Below are positions 42,482 through 53,044 of a DNA stretch of 64,000 bases, one piece after another; the first letter of the stretch is position 1; every line of letters begins with the position of its first letter. This stretch comes from Vulcanimicrobiota bacterium (GTDB lineage: Bacteria > Vulcanimicrobiota > Vulcanimicrobiia > Vulcanimicrobiales > Vulcanimicrobiaceae): assembly GCA_963795855.1 (NCBI GenBank), contig CAWCIZ010000001.1:192001-256000 (forward strand). The letters run 5' to 3'. Under the pieces are notes generated by a model. The model had not been told where the DNA came from and made no database searches. It saw nothing but the letters and a program-made list of their open reading frames with translations. A program made the translations under genes and the position numbers.

Positions 42482-43774
42482 GACGCCGCGAGCGCCTGTT
42501 CGACGTCCGCAATGATGTCGCGCACGTCTTCGATGCCGACGGAGAAGCGGATCGTCGACCCGTCGACGCCGTTGGCGAGTTGCTCCTCGGCGCTGAGCTG
42601 CTGATGCGTCGTGGTCGCCGGATGAATCACGAGCGATTTCGCGTCGCCGACGTTGGCAAGGATCGAAAACAGTTTGAGCGAGTCGATGAAGCGCTTCGCC
42701 GACTCTTCTCCGCCCTTGAGCCGGAAGGTCAGAATCGCGCCGCCTTTGCCGTCGAAGTAGCGCTTCGCCAGCTCGTAAGCCGCATGCGAGGGCAGTCCCG
42801 GATATGCAACCGATTCGACTTCCGGACGGCGCTCCAGATACTCCGCTACGGCCTGCGCGTTCTCGTTGTGGCGCTGCACGCGCAAGCCCAGCGTTTCGAG
42901 TCCTTGCAGCAGCAGCCAGGAATTGAACGGAGAGAGTGCGGCGCCGACGTCGCGAAGCAGCTGCACCCGCGCTTTGATGATGTACGCGAGGTTGCCGAAC
43001 GACGGCGGAATAGCGAATGCCGTGATACGACGGATCGGGCTGCGTGAAATCGGCGAATCGATCCGACGCCGTCCAATCGAACGTGCCGCCGTCGACGATG
43101 ACGCCGCCGATCGCGGTTCCGTGGCCGCCGATGAATTTCGTCGCCGAATGAACGACGACGTCGGCGCCGTATTCGATTGGACGCACGAGGTACGGCGTCG
43201 CGAGCGTGTTGTCGACGATCAGCGGAAGCCCGTGTTCGTGCGCGACGCGCGCCACGGCCTCGATGTCCAGCACGTCGATCTTCGGGTTGCCGATCGTTTC
43301 GGCGAAGATCGCCTTGGTGTTCGGCCGGATCGCGCGCCGAACGCTCTCGACGTCGCCGATATCGACGAGCGCGACGTCTACGCCGAACCGCGGAAGCGTA
43401 TGCGTAAAGGCGTTGTAGGTGCCGCCGTACAGCGAGTTCGAGGCGACGATGGAGTCGCCGGCCTTCGCGACGTTGAGCAGCGCGTAGACGTTCGCGGCTT
43501 GTCCGCTCGCAACGCCGAGCGCCGCGACGCCGCCTTCGAGCTGCGCGACGCGCTGTTCGAACACGTCCGTCGTCGGATTGTTGATGCGCGTGTAGATATT
43601 GCCGAACTCTTCGAGCGCGAAAAGGCGTGCGGCGTGATCGACGTTATCGAATTTGTACGACGTCGTCTGATAGATTGGAACCGCACGCGATTTGGTCGCG
43701 GGATCGCCCGCGTGGCCGCCGTGGACGGCGACCGTGTCAAACCGCGGAGAGCGTTCGGGGGCTGTAACCGACAT
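42478..43774 (-). CDS. metY: O-acetylhomoserine aminocarboxypropyltransferase; frameshift near 43000
   Basis: [53 protein letters not shown]. Confidence 0.92.
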
Positions 43775-44813
43775 GAGTATCTCCTTGCGTGAATACGGGA
43801 TAGCCGGCGAATGCCGGAAAACGATCGAACACCGAATCGACGTCCGTGACGCGCTGCGCATACGGCGTTGCGGGACGCGTGCCGTGGCGTTCGGCAATGG
43901 TGCGGAGCGCGCCGACGACGTCGCCGAGAACCGCGGACGCCGCGGCAGGTCCGCCTGCGCCCGCGCCGCTGAAGAGCAGCGGGCCGGCGGCGGCGCCGGT
44001 AACGCGAACGATATTGTCGACGCCCGTCACGCGCGCGAATGGATGCGCGAAAGGAACGAGCACCGGACCTACGTCCGCAAAGACGGAATCACCGCTGCGC
44101 CGCGCGTAGGCGAGCAATTTGAGTTCGTAGCCGTGTTGGCGCGCGCGCCGCACCGACGCGCTCGTGACTCCGGCGATTCCGCGATGCGGCACATGCGGCG
44201 TGATGACCGGCAGGCCGAACGCGTGCTGAATCAGAATCGCCAGTTTATGCGCGGCGTCGATTCCCTCGACGTCGTTGCGCGGATCCGCTTCGGCATAACC
44301 GGCGGACTGCGCTTGCGCGAGCGCGTCGTTGAAAGAATTTCCCTCGCGCATCTTACCGAGGATGAAGTTGCACGTTCCGTTGAGCACGCCGCCGATTTCG
44401 ACGATCTCGTCGCCCGCAAGCGCGTGATCGAGCGTGCTGATGATCGGAACCGCGCTGGCGACCGAGGCTTCGTAGCGCAACGTTACGCCGCGCGCCGCGG
44501 CGAGCGCGCGCAGCCGCGGCCCTTGCGTCGCGATGACGTCTTTATTCGCGGTGACGACGTGTTTGCGATGGTCGAGCGCGCGCTCGATGCATTCCAGCGC
44601 GATGCCGCTGCCGCCGATCGCTTCGATGACGACGTCGACGCGCGCGTCGTCGACGAGCGCGATCGGATCGCGGGAACGATTCGCGACGCCGATGACGTCG
44701 TACGAGACGCCGCTGCGGCGCTCGATCTGCGCCTTGCGCTGCGCGAGCAGTTCGGCGACGCCGCCGCCGACGGTCCCGCAACCCAAGAGCGCGATGCCCA
44801 CGGTTGATTCCAT
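43737..44813 (-). CDS. hom: Homoserine dehydrogenase
   Basis: [55 protein letters not shown] upstream. Confidence 0.92.
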   Translation of the reverse strand: MESTVGIALLGCGTVGGGVAELLAQRKAQIERRSGVSYDVIGVANRSRDPIALVDDARVDVVIEAIGGSGIALECIERALDHRKHVVTANKDVIATQGPRLRALAAARGVTLRYEASVASAVPIISTLDHALAGDEIVEIGGVLNGTCNFILGKMREGNSFNDALAQAQSAGYAEADPRNDVEGIDAAHKLAILIQHAFGLPVITPHVPHRGIAGVTSASVRRARQHGYELKLLAYARRSGDSVFADVGPVLVPFAHPFARVTGVDNIVRVTGAAAGPLLFSGAGAGGPAAASAVLGDVVGALRTIAERHGTRPATPYAQRVTDVDSVFDRFPAFAGYPVFTQGDTHVGYSPRTLSAV

Positions 44814-44851
44814 CCTCTTGCCTCCTGTTGAGATGGGAAAGCGAGGAAATC

Positions 44852-44880
44852 AAAAACCCCCCGCTTTGCGCGAGGGGCTT
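44852..44880 (-). terminator. Attenuator terminator in the hom-metY-metX leader
   Basis: Minus strand AAGCCCCTCGC-GCAAA-GCGGGGGGTTT-TTGATTT. Confidence 0.8.
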
Positions 44881-44909
44881 TGCAAACTCGATTATTCAGC
44901 CGAGATCGG

Positions 44910-45005
44910 TTATGCAAATGCCGTCCGCGCCGCTTGCTCGCGGCAGCAGCACATACAGAACATAGGCGAATACGAAATCGGCATTGCGGTCACGATAGCA
45001 TGCAT
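44910..45005 (-). CDS. Met/Cys-rich attenuator leader peptide MHAIVTAMPISYSPMFCMCCCREQAARTAFA (31 aa; may start at the second Met)
   Basis: Hand-translated; MFCMCCC run upstream of mutually exclusive antiterminator/terminator hairpins before the met operon. Confidence 0.75.
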   Translation of the reverse strand: MHAIVTAMPISYSPMFCMCCCREQAARTAFA

Positions 45006-45016
45006 GCGCTGATGCG

Positions 45017-45685
45017 TCAAGCCGAAAGGCCGATGCGAATCGCGTGGGCGAGCCAAAAGGCGGTGAGCAGTCCGGCGATGAGCAGAAGAATGGTAAACAA
45101 GACCGGCGCTGCGCCGAGAACGAACGCGACGTTCATGCGCAAGGCCATAAAAGCGCGCAAAAAAAATTCACCCACGAGCAGCGCGCCCCAGCCCGAACGT
45201 CATGGCGCGTATCGTGCGCCGGAAATACTGCGACGCCAGAGCACGTCCCACCGTTCGTGCGGAAGCGCCTCGTTCGCAGTCAAGAACTCGCGGATGACGT
45301 AAAACGCCAGCGGGCGGTGCAGCAGCGCCGACAGGATGAGCACGAGGCCGAGTAGTCCGCTCACAAAAGATTCGCGCACCAGCAACAAGCGTTGGCTGCC
45401 GCCGAACACCGCCGGCAGCACGCCGACGAGCAGCCCGACGAGCACGATGAGTCCGACGACGTCGAAAGTGCGGCGGCGCACGAAATTGAACACGTTCGAG
45501 ATCAGCGGCACCAGCGAAGCGCCCAGAATCGGCCAAATGCTCGTTGTGCCGAAATGCGGCAGTAGAAGGTAGTACACGGCCATCGTGCCGGCGATGTCGA
45601 ACGCCAGCGTCGGCAGAAGCGCGCGAATGCTTGCCCACAGGAAATTGCGCAGCGCAGCGGCTGACACCGGATGATGCTCGGCCAT
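45017..45685 (-). CDS. VC0807-like integral membrane protein; frameshift near 45215
   Basis: Multi-TM; RLLLVRESFVSG, RPLAFY, MTFGWG..LVGE. Confidence 0.7.
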
Positions 45686-45724
45686 CGCGAAATGATCTAC
45701 CCGGCGAAATCGGCGGCAACGCGT

Positions 45725-46532
45725 TCAGGCGATAATCGTGGCGTTGCCTGCCGGGCGCTCGCAATCGCACCGGGTTTCGCGCTGCAAATAAAGGCGCGCT
45801 GAGCGCCGCCGGTGACGGCATCGATCGCGGCCAGCATCTTCGGCTTCATTCCGCTCGCGCACGCGTCCGACGTCGCGAAATGCAGCGCGTCCGTGAGCGT
45901 GAGCGTTCCGATGCCGGTGCTTGGATCTGCGGATCGCGCAGCATGCGATCGACGTTGGTGAGCGCGATGTACGCGTTGGCTCTCACGGCAGCCGCGATTG
46001 CGCCTGCGACCGTGTCGGCATTCACGTTATACGCGTGATCCGCGCGCTGATCGACGGCGATCGGCGACACGACAGGAAGATAACCCGCCCGTAGAAGCGC
46101 CAGCAGCGGCGCGGGGTCGACCGAAACGATCTCGCCGACGAATCCGAGATCGTAGCCCGAAGGCGAGAGCGCGCGCCGGACACGGACGAGTCCGCCGTCT
46201 TGCCCGCTGATGCCGACGGCTGGAATTCCGTGCTGCAGACAGGTGCGAACCAGGCGTTTGTTGGCCGTCGCGCAGAGGACCGCTTCTGCGACCTGCAGCG
46301 CGTCCCGGTCCGTCACGCGCAGGCCGTCGACGCGGCGCGCGGTCAAGCCCGCGGCGGCTCAGAGCCTCATCGATCTCCGGTCCGCCGCCGTGCACGAGGA
46401 TGACGGCGTGCCCGGCGGCGCGGAGATCGGCGAGTTCGGTCAGCAAGGCGTCGTCGGTCGCGTGGCCCATGGCGTTCCCGCCATACTTTACGACGATGGT
46501 GGCCGTGAACGGCTTGCAAAATTATGCAGCAT
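45725..46532 (-). CDS. argB: Acetylglutamate kinase; frameshifts, start uncertain
   Basis: IVVKYGGNAM, VHGGGPEI, GLRVTD, GISGQDG, NVNADTVA, GMKPK. Confidence 0.88.
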
Positions 46533-46549
46533 ATGCATAAATATACAGC
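46513..46549. promoter_or_regulatory. Tandem ARG boxes (ArgR operator)
   Basis: TGCAAAATTATGCA (46515-46528) and TGCATAAATATACA (46534-46547) between divergent argB and argF; argR is in the operon. Confidence 0.75.
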
Positions 46550-46550
46550 A

Positions 46551-47548
46551 ATGTACCTGTAGCGCCAGCCGCATCCGAAAAAATCGGCGCCGGCTCCTTA
46601 GCCGGACGGCATCTGCTCGCCGTCGACGACCTTGCGCCGTGCGAGGTCGCCGCGCTGTTACGCTTTGGCGGAGTATCTGAAACGCCGTCGAGCCGAGCGA
46701 GCACGCGCAGATATTCGCAAGGCAAAACGCTGGCGATGTTCTTCGAAAAACCGAGCCTGCGCACGCGCGTTTCCTTCGAAGTCGCGATGACGCAGCTCGG
46801 CGGTCAACGTCTGTTCGCCAAGGGCGACGAATTTTCGATCGGAACGCGTGAAACGCCGGAAGATGCCGCGCGCGTGCTCTCGCGCTATGCGGATGCGATC
46901 GTCATACGCACGCACGCTCACGAACCGCTGCAGCGCTTCGCCGCGGCCTCGAGCGTACCCGTAATAAACGGCCTTTCCGCGCTAGCGCATCCGTGCCAAG
47001 CGCTTGCGGATTTGCTGACGCTCAAAGAGCGCTTCGGTCAGCTTGGCCGGACTGCGCGTCGCATATTTTGGGCGACGCGAAAAACAACGTCGCCGCGTCG
47101 CTCGCGCAAGCCGCGGTCATGTCCGGCGTGCACGTGCAGTTCGGCTCTCCTCCGTCGCATCGTCCGCAGCGAAACGTTTCTCGCGCAGCTCAAGAAACTC
47201 GGAAGGCGAGCGGCGGAAGCTGCGCGCGCGTTTTCGAATGCCGTGCGTGCGGTGCGCGGCGTCGATGCAATCTACACGGACGTCTGGACGTCGATGGGTG
47301 AAGAAGCGGCAAGCGAACGCAATCGCGCGGTGCTCGCGCCGTACCGCGTCAGCGAAGCGTTGTTGCGCCACGCCGCGCCGCACGCGGTGTTCATGCACTG
47401 CCTGCCCGCGCATCGCGGCGAAGAAGTGACCGCGGGCGTGATCGACGGATGCGCAAAGCGTCGTCTTCGATCAGGCCGAAAACCGCATGCACGCACAAAA
47501 AGCGATGCTGGCCGCACTCTGACGGACTTGAAAGGATTTCCAGTATGA
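46551..47548 (+). CDS. argF: Ornithine carbamoyltransferase; frameshifts
   Basis: FEKPSLRTRVSF, HPCQALAD, YTDVWTSMG, HCLPAHRGEEV, DQAENR. Confidence 0.92.
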
Positions 47549-47565
47549 TCGCTTTGCAATTCAAA

Positions 47566-47743
47566 GATACCGCCTACGCAGCCAAGTGCAGGCGCCGCTA
47601 CGTCGCGACCGCTCGGCCGGAGCGCCGTATGCGCTCTTTGCAAGCAAAGAATTGCTGCGTCGTAACGCAGCAATTCGATACCGCCTACGCAGCCAAATGG
47701 GGGCCCCGCTACGCGGGGGGCGCGGCGGCTCGGCCGGAGCGCC
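47566..47743 (+). repeat. Two imperfect ~61-67 bp direct repeats flanking a perfect 12-bp hairpin
   Basis: GATACCGCCTACGCAGCCAA...CCGCTACG...GCTCGGCCGGAGCGCC at 47566-47626 and 47677-47743; GAATTGCTGCGT-CGTA-ACGCAGCAATTC at 47649-47676. Confidence 0.85.
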
Positions 47744-47750
47744 TTTTCAA

Positions 47751-48213
47751 ATGAAAGAGCGACGACAGCGAGCCATTCTCACCCTCGTTTCGACGCGACC
47801 CGTGCGATCGCAGGACGAACTTGCGGAGTTGCTGGAGGCGCAAGGGTTCGAAACCACGCAGGCGACGATCTCGCGCGATATCAAGGAGCTGGGATTGGTG
47901 AAGGTGCCGATGAAAGACGGCAGCGCGCATCAGTTCAAGTACGTGCTGCCCACCGCGGAAACGCGTCGTTCCAGCCGCCTGCACCGTCTGGTTTCCGAAC
48001 TGGTCGGATCCATCAAGAGCAGCGACAATCTGATCGTGCTGCGCACGCCGCCCGGCAGCGCGATGATGGTCGCTGCCGCAATCGACGAGGCGCAGTGGCC
48101 GGAGATCATCGGCACCATCGGCGGCGACGATACGATTCTCGTCATCGTCGAACGATCCCAAGAGCACGCCAATCATCGTGCAACGCTTTACCGATTTGAA
48201 AGAGAGTTCGTGA
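47751..48213 (+). CDS. argR: Arginine repressor; frameshift near the 3' end
   Basis: RQRAI, SQDEL, TQATISRDIKELG, RTPPGSA, GTIGGDDTI. Confidence 0.93.
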
Positions 48214-49419
48214 ACAGCAAGACCATCGTTCTAGCCTACTCCGGCGGCTTCGACACCTCCGTACTGCTCAAACGCTTTATTTTGGAAGGGCACGACGTTA
48301 TCGCGCTGACCGCCGACTTGGGCGAAAGCGATGCGATTGCGGGCAGCGGCGCGGCGCAAGCGCTGCAAGGCGTGAAGGCAAAAAGCGATCGCGCTCGGCG
48401 CGCGAGACGCGGTGCTCGTCGACGCGAAGCAGCGTTTCATCGAAGACTTTGCTTATCGCGCGCTGCACGCGAACGCTCTGTATCAAGGCGTGTATCCGCT
48501 TTCGGCAGCGCTCTCGCGCCCGCTGATCGCGCATCTGCTCGTCGAAACCGCGCATGCGTACGGTGCCGGTGCGGTTGCGCACGGGTGCACCGGAAAAGGC
48601 AACGACCAAGTGCGCATCGAGCTCGGCGTGCGCGCGCTCGACCCGCAGCTCGAGTGCCGTGCGCCGCTGCGCGAGAAACCGCTCTCGCGCCCGGACGCAA
48701 TCGCGTTCGCAAAGCGAGACGGCGTGCCGGTTGCGCACACCGCCGAGAAGCCGTACTCCATCGACGCGAATCTCTGGGGTCGGTCGATCGAAGCCGGCGT
48801 GCTTGAAGATCCCTGGAACGCGCCGCCGGAAGATGCGTACGCGTGGACGGCGTCGCCGCGAAGATCGTCCCGTCGACAGCCGGACGAAGTCACGATCGAG
48901 TTCTGCGGCGGTCTGCCCGCATGGAACGGCGCGACGGGCTGGCAGTTGATCGCGCAGTTGAACGCGATCGCCGGAAAACACGGCGTGGGCCGCATCGATC
49001 TGGTGGAAGATCGCGTCGTCGGTTTGAAGTCGCGCGAAGTCTACGAATGTCCCGGGCATCCGTTTTGCTCGTGACGGCGCGAAAGGCGCTGGAACGCGTC
49101 GTGCTCACGCGTGACGAGTTGCGCTTCAAATCGCAGCTGCGATCAGAAGTATGCGGAATTGGTGTACGACGGCCTGTGGATGTCGCCGCTGCGCGACGCT
49201 CTGGATGCATTCAATGCCAGCAGCGCGCAGCGCATGAGCGGCAAGGTTCGCGTGCGCTTGCATCAGGGCGCCGCAACCGTCACCGGCGTGCAATCGCCGT
49301 TCGGGCTGTATTCCGAGGCGCTCGCCACATACGGCAAAGACGATGCATTCGATCATCAGGCGGCGGAGGGATTCATCAAATTGCACGGTTTGCCGCTCGA
49401 GATGGTCGCGCGCACGTGA
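48210..49419 (+). CDS. argG: Argininosuccinate synthase; frameshifts
   Basis: VLAYSGGFDTS, ALSRPLI, HGCTGKGNDQVR, YSIDANLWGRSIE, GLKSREVYE, AEGFIKLHG. Confidence 0.93.
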
Positions 49420-50773
49420 CGAATTCGCTGCAGTGGGGCGGCCGCTTCAGCGCGCCGCCGGATCCGGTGCTGCTGCGGTTCGGATCCTCGCTGGAAGAAG
49501 ACCTCGTGCTCGCACCGTTCGACGTGCAGTGTTCCAAAGCGCACGTTGCGGCTCTGGAAGCGGGCGGCGTTCATCGCATCATCGCGCGCGAGCGAGTTGC
49601 GCGCTGCGCTCTGGAAGCGGTCGCATCCGAAATCGCGCAAGGGACTTCGAGCGGATCGCGCGTGCGAGCGGTGCGGAAGATATTCACGGCGCGATCGACG
49701 CGCGCGTGCGCGAACTCGCGCCGGAAGCCGGCGAACTGCTGCACGCGGGCCGCAGCCGCAACGATCAAGTCGCAACGACGCTGCTGCTGTATTGCGCGGA
49801 TCGCGCCGCGAGGGCGCAACGCAGTAACGGCCGGAATCGCATCGGCGCTGTGCGCATCCGCGGAAGACGAACTGCAAGCGGGCACGTCTGCTCGCAGCGA
49901 CGACGCATTGGCAGCCGGCACAACCCGTGCTGCTCGCCTTCTGGCTGTGCGCCGCCGCGGAACCATTTCTGCGAGATGCGCAGCGCTTTGCCGGCGTGCG
50001 GGCGCAATCGCTCGCGCGCATGTCCGCTGGGCTCCGCCGCGCTGGCCGGATCCTCGCTCCCGTTCGATCGGCGAGATCGCTGCAAACGCGCTCGGCTTCG
50101 CTGCGCCGTCGCGCAATGCTTTGGACGCGGTCGGCAACCGCGACGCGGCACTGGATCTCGCGCACGCGTGCGTTCGCGCGCTCGTTACGGCTTCGCGGCT
50201 TTGTGAAGAGATCGTGATCTGGAACACGCCGAACTTCGGGTACGTAACGCTGGGAGACGAAGCGGGCACCGGTTCGAGTTTGATGCCGCAAAAACGCAAC
50301 CCCGATCCGTTCGAATTGGTGCGTGCAACTTCGGCCGCGATGATCGGCCGATTTGCGGGTGCGCTCGCGACCGTGAACGGAATGGCGCTCTCGTATCACC
50401 GCGACCTGCAAGTCACCAAAAGCGCTGCAATCGAAATCGTCGAGGCGTGCTTGGCTTCGCTGGAAGCGTTCGCGCGCGCGCTCGAGCACTTGCAGTTCAA
50501 TCGCGGCCGGATGACCGCGCTCGCCGGCGAGGCGTTCACGGTGGCGACCGACGTTGCGGATCGACTGATCTGCAAACGGCGCGACCGCACGCGAAGCGCA
50601 TGCCGAAGTCGGGGCTGCCATACTGAAAAGCGAGCGCGAAAACACGCTGCTGGAGTGGCCTGACGCTCACGCGTCGGTCGAAGGAAAGGAGACTGCGGGT
50701 TCGACGCGTCCCGACTGCGGTGCGCGAGTCGCTGAGTGCCCTGCAGGCGGACGTCGAGGCGCTGCTTCGCTGA
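49416..50773 (+). CDS. argH: Argininosuccinate lyase; frameshifts
   Basis: WGGRF, EDIH, HAGRSRNDQV, PLGSAALAG, GSSLMPQKRNPD, YHRDLQ. Confidence 0.92.
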
Positions 50774-50786
50774 TGCCGGCGCCGGC

Positions 50787-51620
50787 TTACTGTTTGACGA
50801 ACAGCGCGTCCTTACACGTCAAACAGTTGCGCCCGAAGAAATCCGCGTAGTACGTGTCCACCAGCACCGTATCGCCGGTCGCGTCGACGAAAGCTTGAAT
50901 ATCCGTGCTTTTACGCTTGCTGTCTTCCACGATGACGTAGTCGCCGGGTTGCAGCAAAGGAGCAAGGTGGCGCAGCACGCCTTCCACGTTGACGTGCGCA
51001 TCTTCGATCACGAACCATGGGTGCGGTAAAGCTTCCAGCATGCTTGCGGGCAGATCGCAGTCGATCGTTTCACAGTCGCCTCGAACGAAGGTGATTCGCG
51101 CATCGTCGACTTGCGGCCGTTCCTTGTCGAAGGAGACGATCGACGGCGAAGGTTGAAAAGCCGACAGCACGTCGCAGAGCCATAAGGCGCTACCGCCCGC
51201 GCCGGCGCCGATTTCGATGACCGTGCGCGGCTTACGCTCCCACAGCATCATCGGATAGACGGCGATCTCGAAAACGCTCTTGAACAACGGAATGCCTCGC
51301 CAATTGGTGCAGTGCCGCACGCCTTGAAGCGAAGCAGATTGCAATCCGGCGATCTCCCAAGGGCGTCGAACGTAGTTTTGCGATTCGGCAGCGCGCTGCG
51401 CGTAGCGCACGTATCGCGGATGCTCCCGCGCAAGCTCGTAATATGCAGCCACGAGGGCGCTCTCGCACCACTCGGCGCCGGAGTCGTTGCTCCGAAGTGC
51501 CTCCAGCAGGCTGAGAACCATCTTATCAAAGCCCGCGTTCGTGCCGTGCTGCGCGCGCAGCGCCTTGTCCGTCACGATGCGCTCGAGATCGACGAGCATT
51601 TGAGGCGGCAGCGTGCCCAT
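50787..51620 (-). CDS. CmcI (cephalosporin hydroxylase)-family SAM-dependent O-methyltransferase with N-terminal extension
   Basis: WRGIPLFKSVFEIAVYPMMLWERKPRTVIEIG..GGSALW, VIEDAH, GDYVIVED, D.YY.DFFG.N. Confidence 0.82.
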   Translation of the reverse strand: MGTLPPQMLVDLERIVTDKALRAQHGTNAGFDKMVLSLLEALRSNDSGAEWCESALVAAYYELAREHPRYVRYAQRAAESQNYVRRPWEIAGLQSASLQGVRHCTNWRGIPLFKSVFEIAVYPMMLWERKPRTVIEIGAGAGGSALWLCDVLSAFQPSPSIVSFDKERPQVDDARITFVRGDCETIDCDLPASMLEALPHPWFVIEDAHVNVEGVLRHLAPLLQPGDYVIVEDSKRKSTDIQAFVDATGDTVLVDTYYADFFGRNCLTCKDALFVKQ

Positions 51621-53044
51621 CAAGACGTCCCGTTCAAGCGGCTATCGCAAGGGGCTGGCGCTCCGCATGGTTCTTTCGCTCGCCCTTTCACTTTATGATT
51701 CGGAATCGATACGATATGAGGTGCTGCGGGGGCTGGCTTCACCCTTTCACTGATGTTCTCGTATCGCAGCTTATTGAGCGGAATCGCGTAGACCGTTGTG
51801 CTTCCTGCTACGAATACCGTGTCTCCGACGACGACAGGCGGCGAGGTCGTAAATGGCTCCGCGAAGTCTAGACTCCTAATCATCTTACCTGTTCGCGCAT
51901 TTAACGAGTATAGGATTCCCGACGTGTCTCCCGCGATCAGCATCCCCCCTGCAATCACCGGGCTCATCTTTATCGGCGCAAGGGAGGTGAATGACCACCG
52001 AATTTTACCGGTGCGGGCGTCAAACGCCATAAGACGATCGTGCGTGCAAATCGGCTGATAGTAGGTCCCGTCCGCATACGTGCCTGCAATCGATCCCTCA
52101 TCCGATCCAACCGATGAATACATGCCTCGGTTTGGCGTGTGGTAAATCCATCTGAGCCTACCGCTATGGGCATCCAAGGCCGTGACGTCGGCAACGGTAT
52201 AATGCGTAATGGGTGACGTACCTGGCGCAAACCGGCTGCTACTGCAGAATACGGCTCCGTCGCCGTATGTTGGTGAACAATCCCAGTTCCCGTATGGCGC
52301 TCTCCAAATGATTCGTCCGGTTCGGGAATCCAATGCGTCCGTCTGGCACGCTTTGTCGGGCAACCTGTCGACACAGGTTGAGACGAAGATGGTGCTTCCG
52401 AGGAAATTCGCTGATGCCATTGCCGCGGGGCCTCCGAGCGTGCGCACCCAGCGCAGGCGGCCGGATTTCGCATCAATCCCGTAAGCGTGGCTGTCCCCAT
52501 TAGCAAATATGAGCGTATCGTTAACGAGCGCGGCGGACGGCATGTCCTCGCCGACCGTTTTGAACGACCAGACCTGCTTTCCGGTTTGCGCGTCGAACGC
52601 GGTCACTTTGTCGCCCTGCGCTCGGCCTAGCACGTCATAAGTTGTGAATGGCAATTGGACAGTGCCGGGGTCCGTGAGCGTACCATGCATACCGGAACCG
52701 ACGTAAACAAGCCCGTGGCCGACGACGGGCGTCGTCATGACGATATTGTCGGTATGGGCACGCCAGATAGGTCTTCCCGTCCTGACGTCCAGCGCTATCA
52801 CGTCTTTACCGAACGAGTCGACGTATAGCACGTCGTTCAAAATCGCTAAGCTGCCGTTGATCTTGCCTTCGGCCGTAAATTTCCAATGCGTGCGAAAGCC
52901 ATGCCGCGGAAACACCGCGTTGTGGCTGGGCGCATATTGGTACATCGGCCAAGACGCCGAAGAAAGCACATTAGCGTGACCGGTGTGGCAAGCCGCGAGA
53001 AACACGCACACTGGTAGCAATTTGTGAACCATACGAACTCTCAT
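51620..53044 (-). CDS. PQQ-like (BamB-type) beta-propeller repeat lipoprotein
   Basis: Lipobox-like FLAAC; repeated A(L/F)DA.TG...W motifs; WPMYQY...HN. Confidence 0.82.
   Translation of the reverse strand: MRVRMVHKLLPVCVFLAACHTGHANVLSSASWPMYQYAPSHNAVFPRHGFRTHWKFTAEGKINGSLAILNDVLYVDSFGKDVIALDVRTGRPIWRAHTDNIVMTTPVVGHGLVYVGSGMHGTLTDPGTVQLPFTTYDVLGRAQGDKVTAFDAQTGKQVWSFKTVGEDMPSAALVNDTLIFANGDSHAYGIDAKSGRLRWVRTLGGPAAMASANFLGSTIFVSTCVDRLPDKACQTDALDSRTGRIIWRAPYGNWDCSPTYGDGAVFCSSSRFAPGTSPITHYTVADVTALDAHSGRLRWIYHTPNRGMYSSVGSDEGSIAGTYADGTYYQPICTHDRLMAFDARTGKIRWSFTSLAPIKMSPVIAGGMLIAGDTSGILYSLNARTGKMIRSLDFAEPFTTSPPVVVGDTVFVAGSTTVYAIPLNKLRYENISERVKPAPAAPHIVSIPNHKVKGRAKEPCGAPAPCDSRLNGTS

Noticed and set aside
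41519..43897. MetY-MetX fusion (792 aa), and likewise the nitrilase-NCS1 fusion at 3095-5449
   Set aside because: The C-terminal halves of metY and the nitrilase are in other frames with their own stops; these are indel artefacts.
47566..47743. CRISPR array
   Set aside because: Only two long degenerate copies, the spacer is a hairpin, and there are no cas genes.
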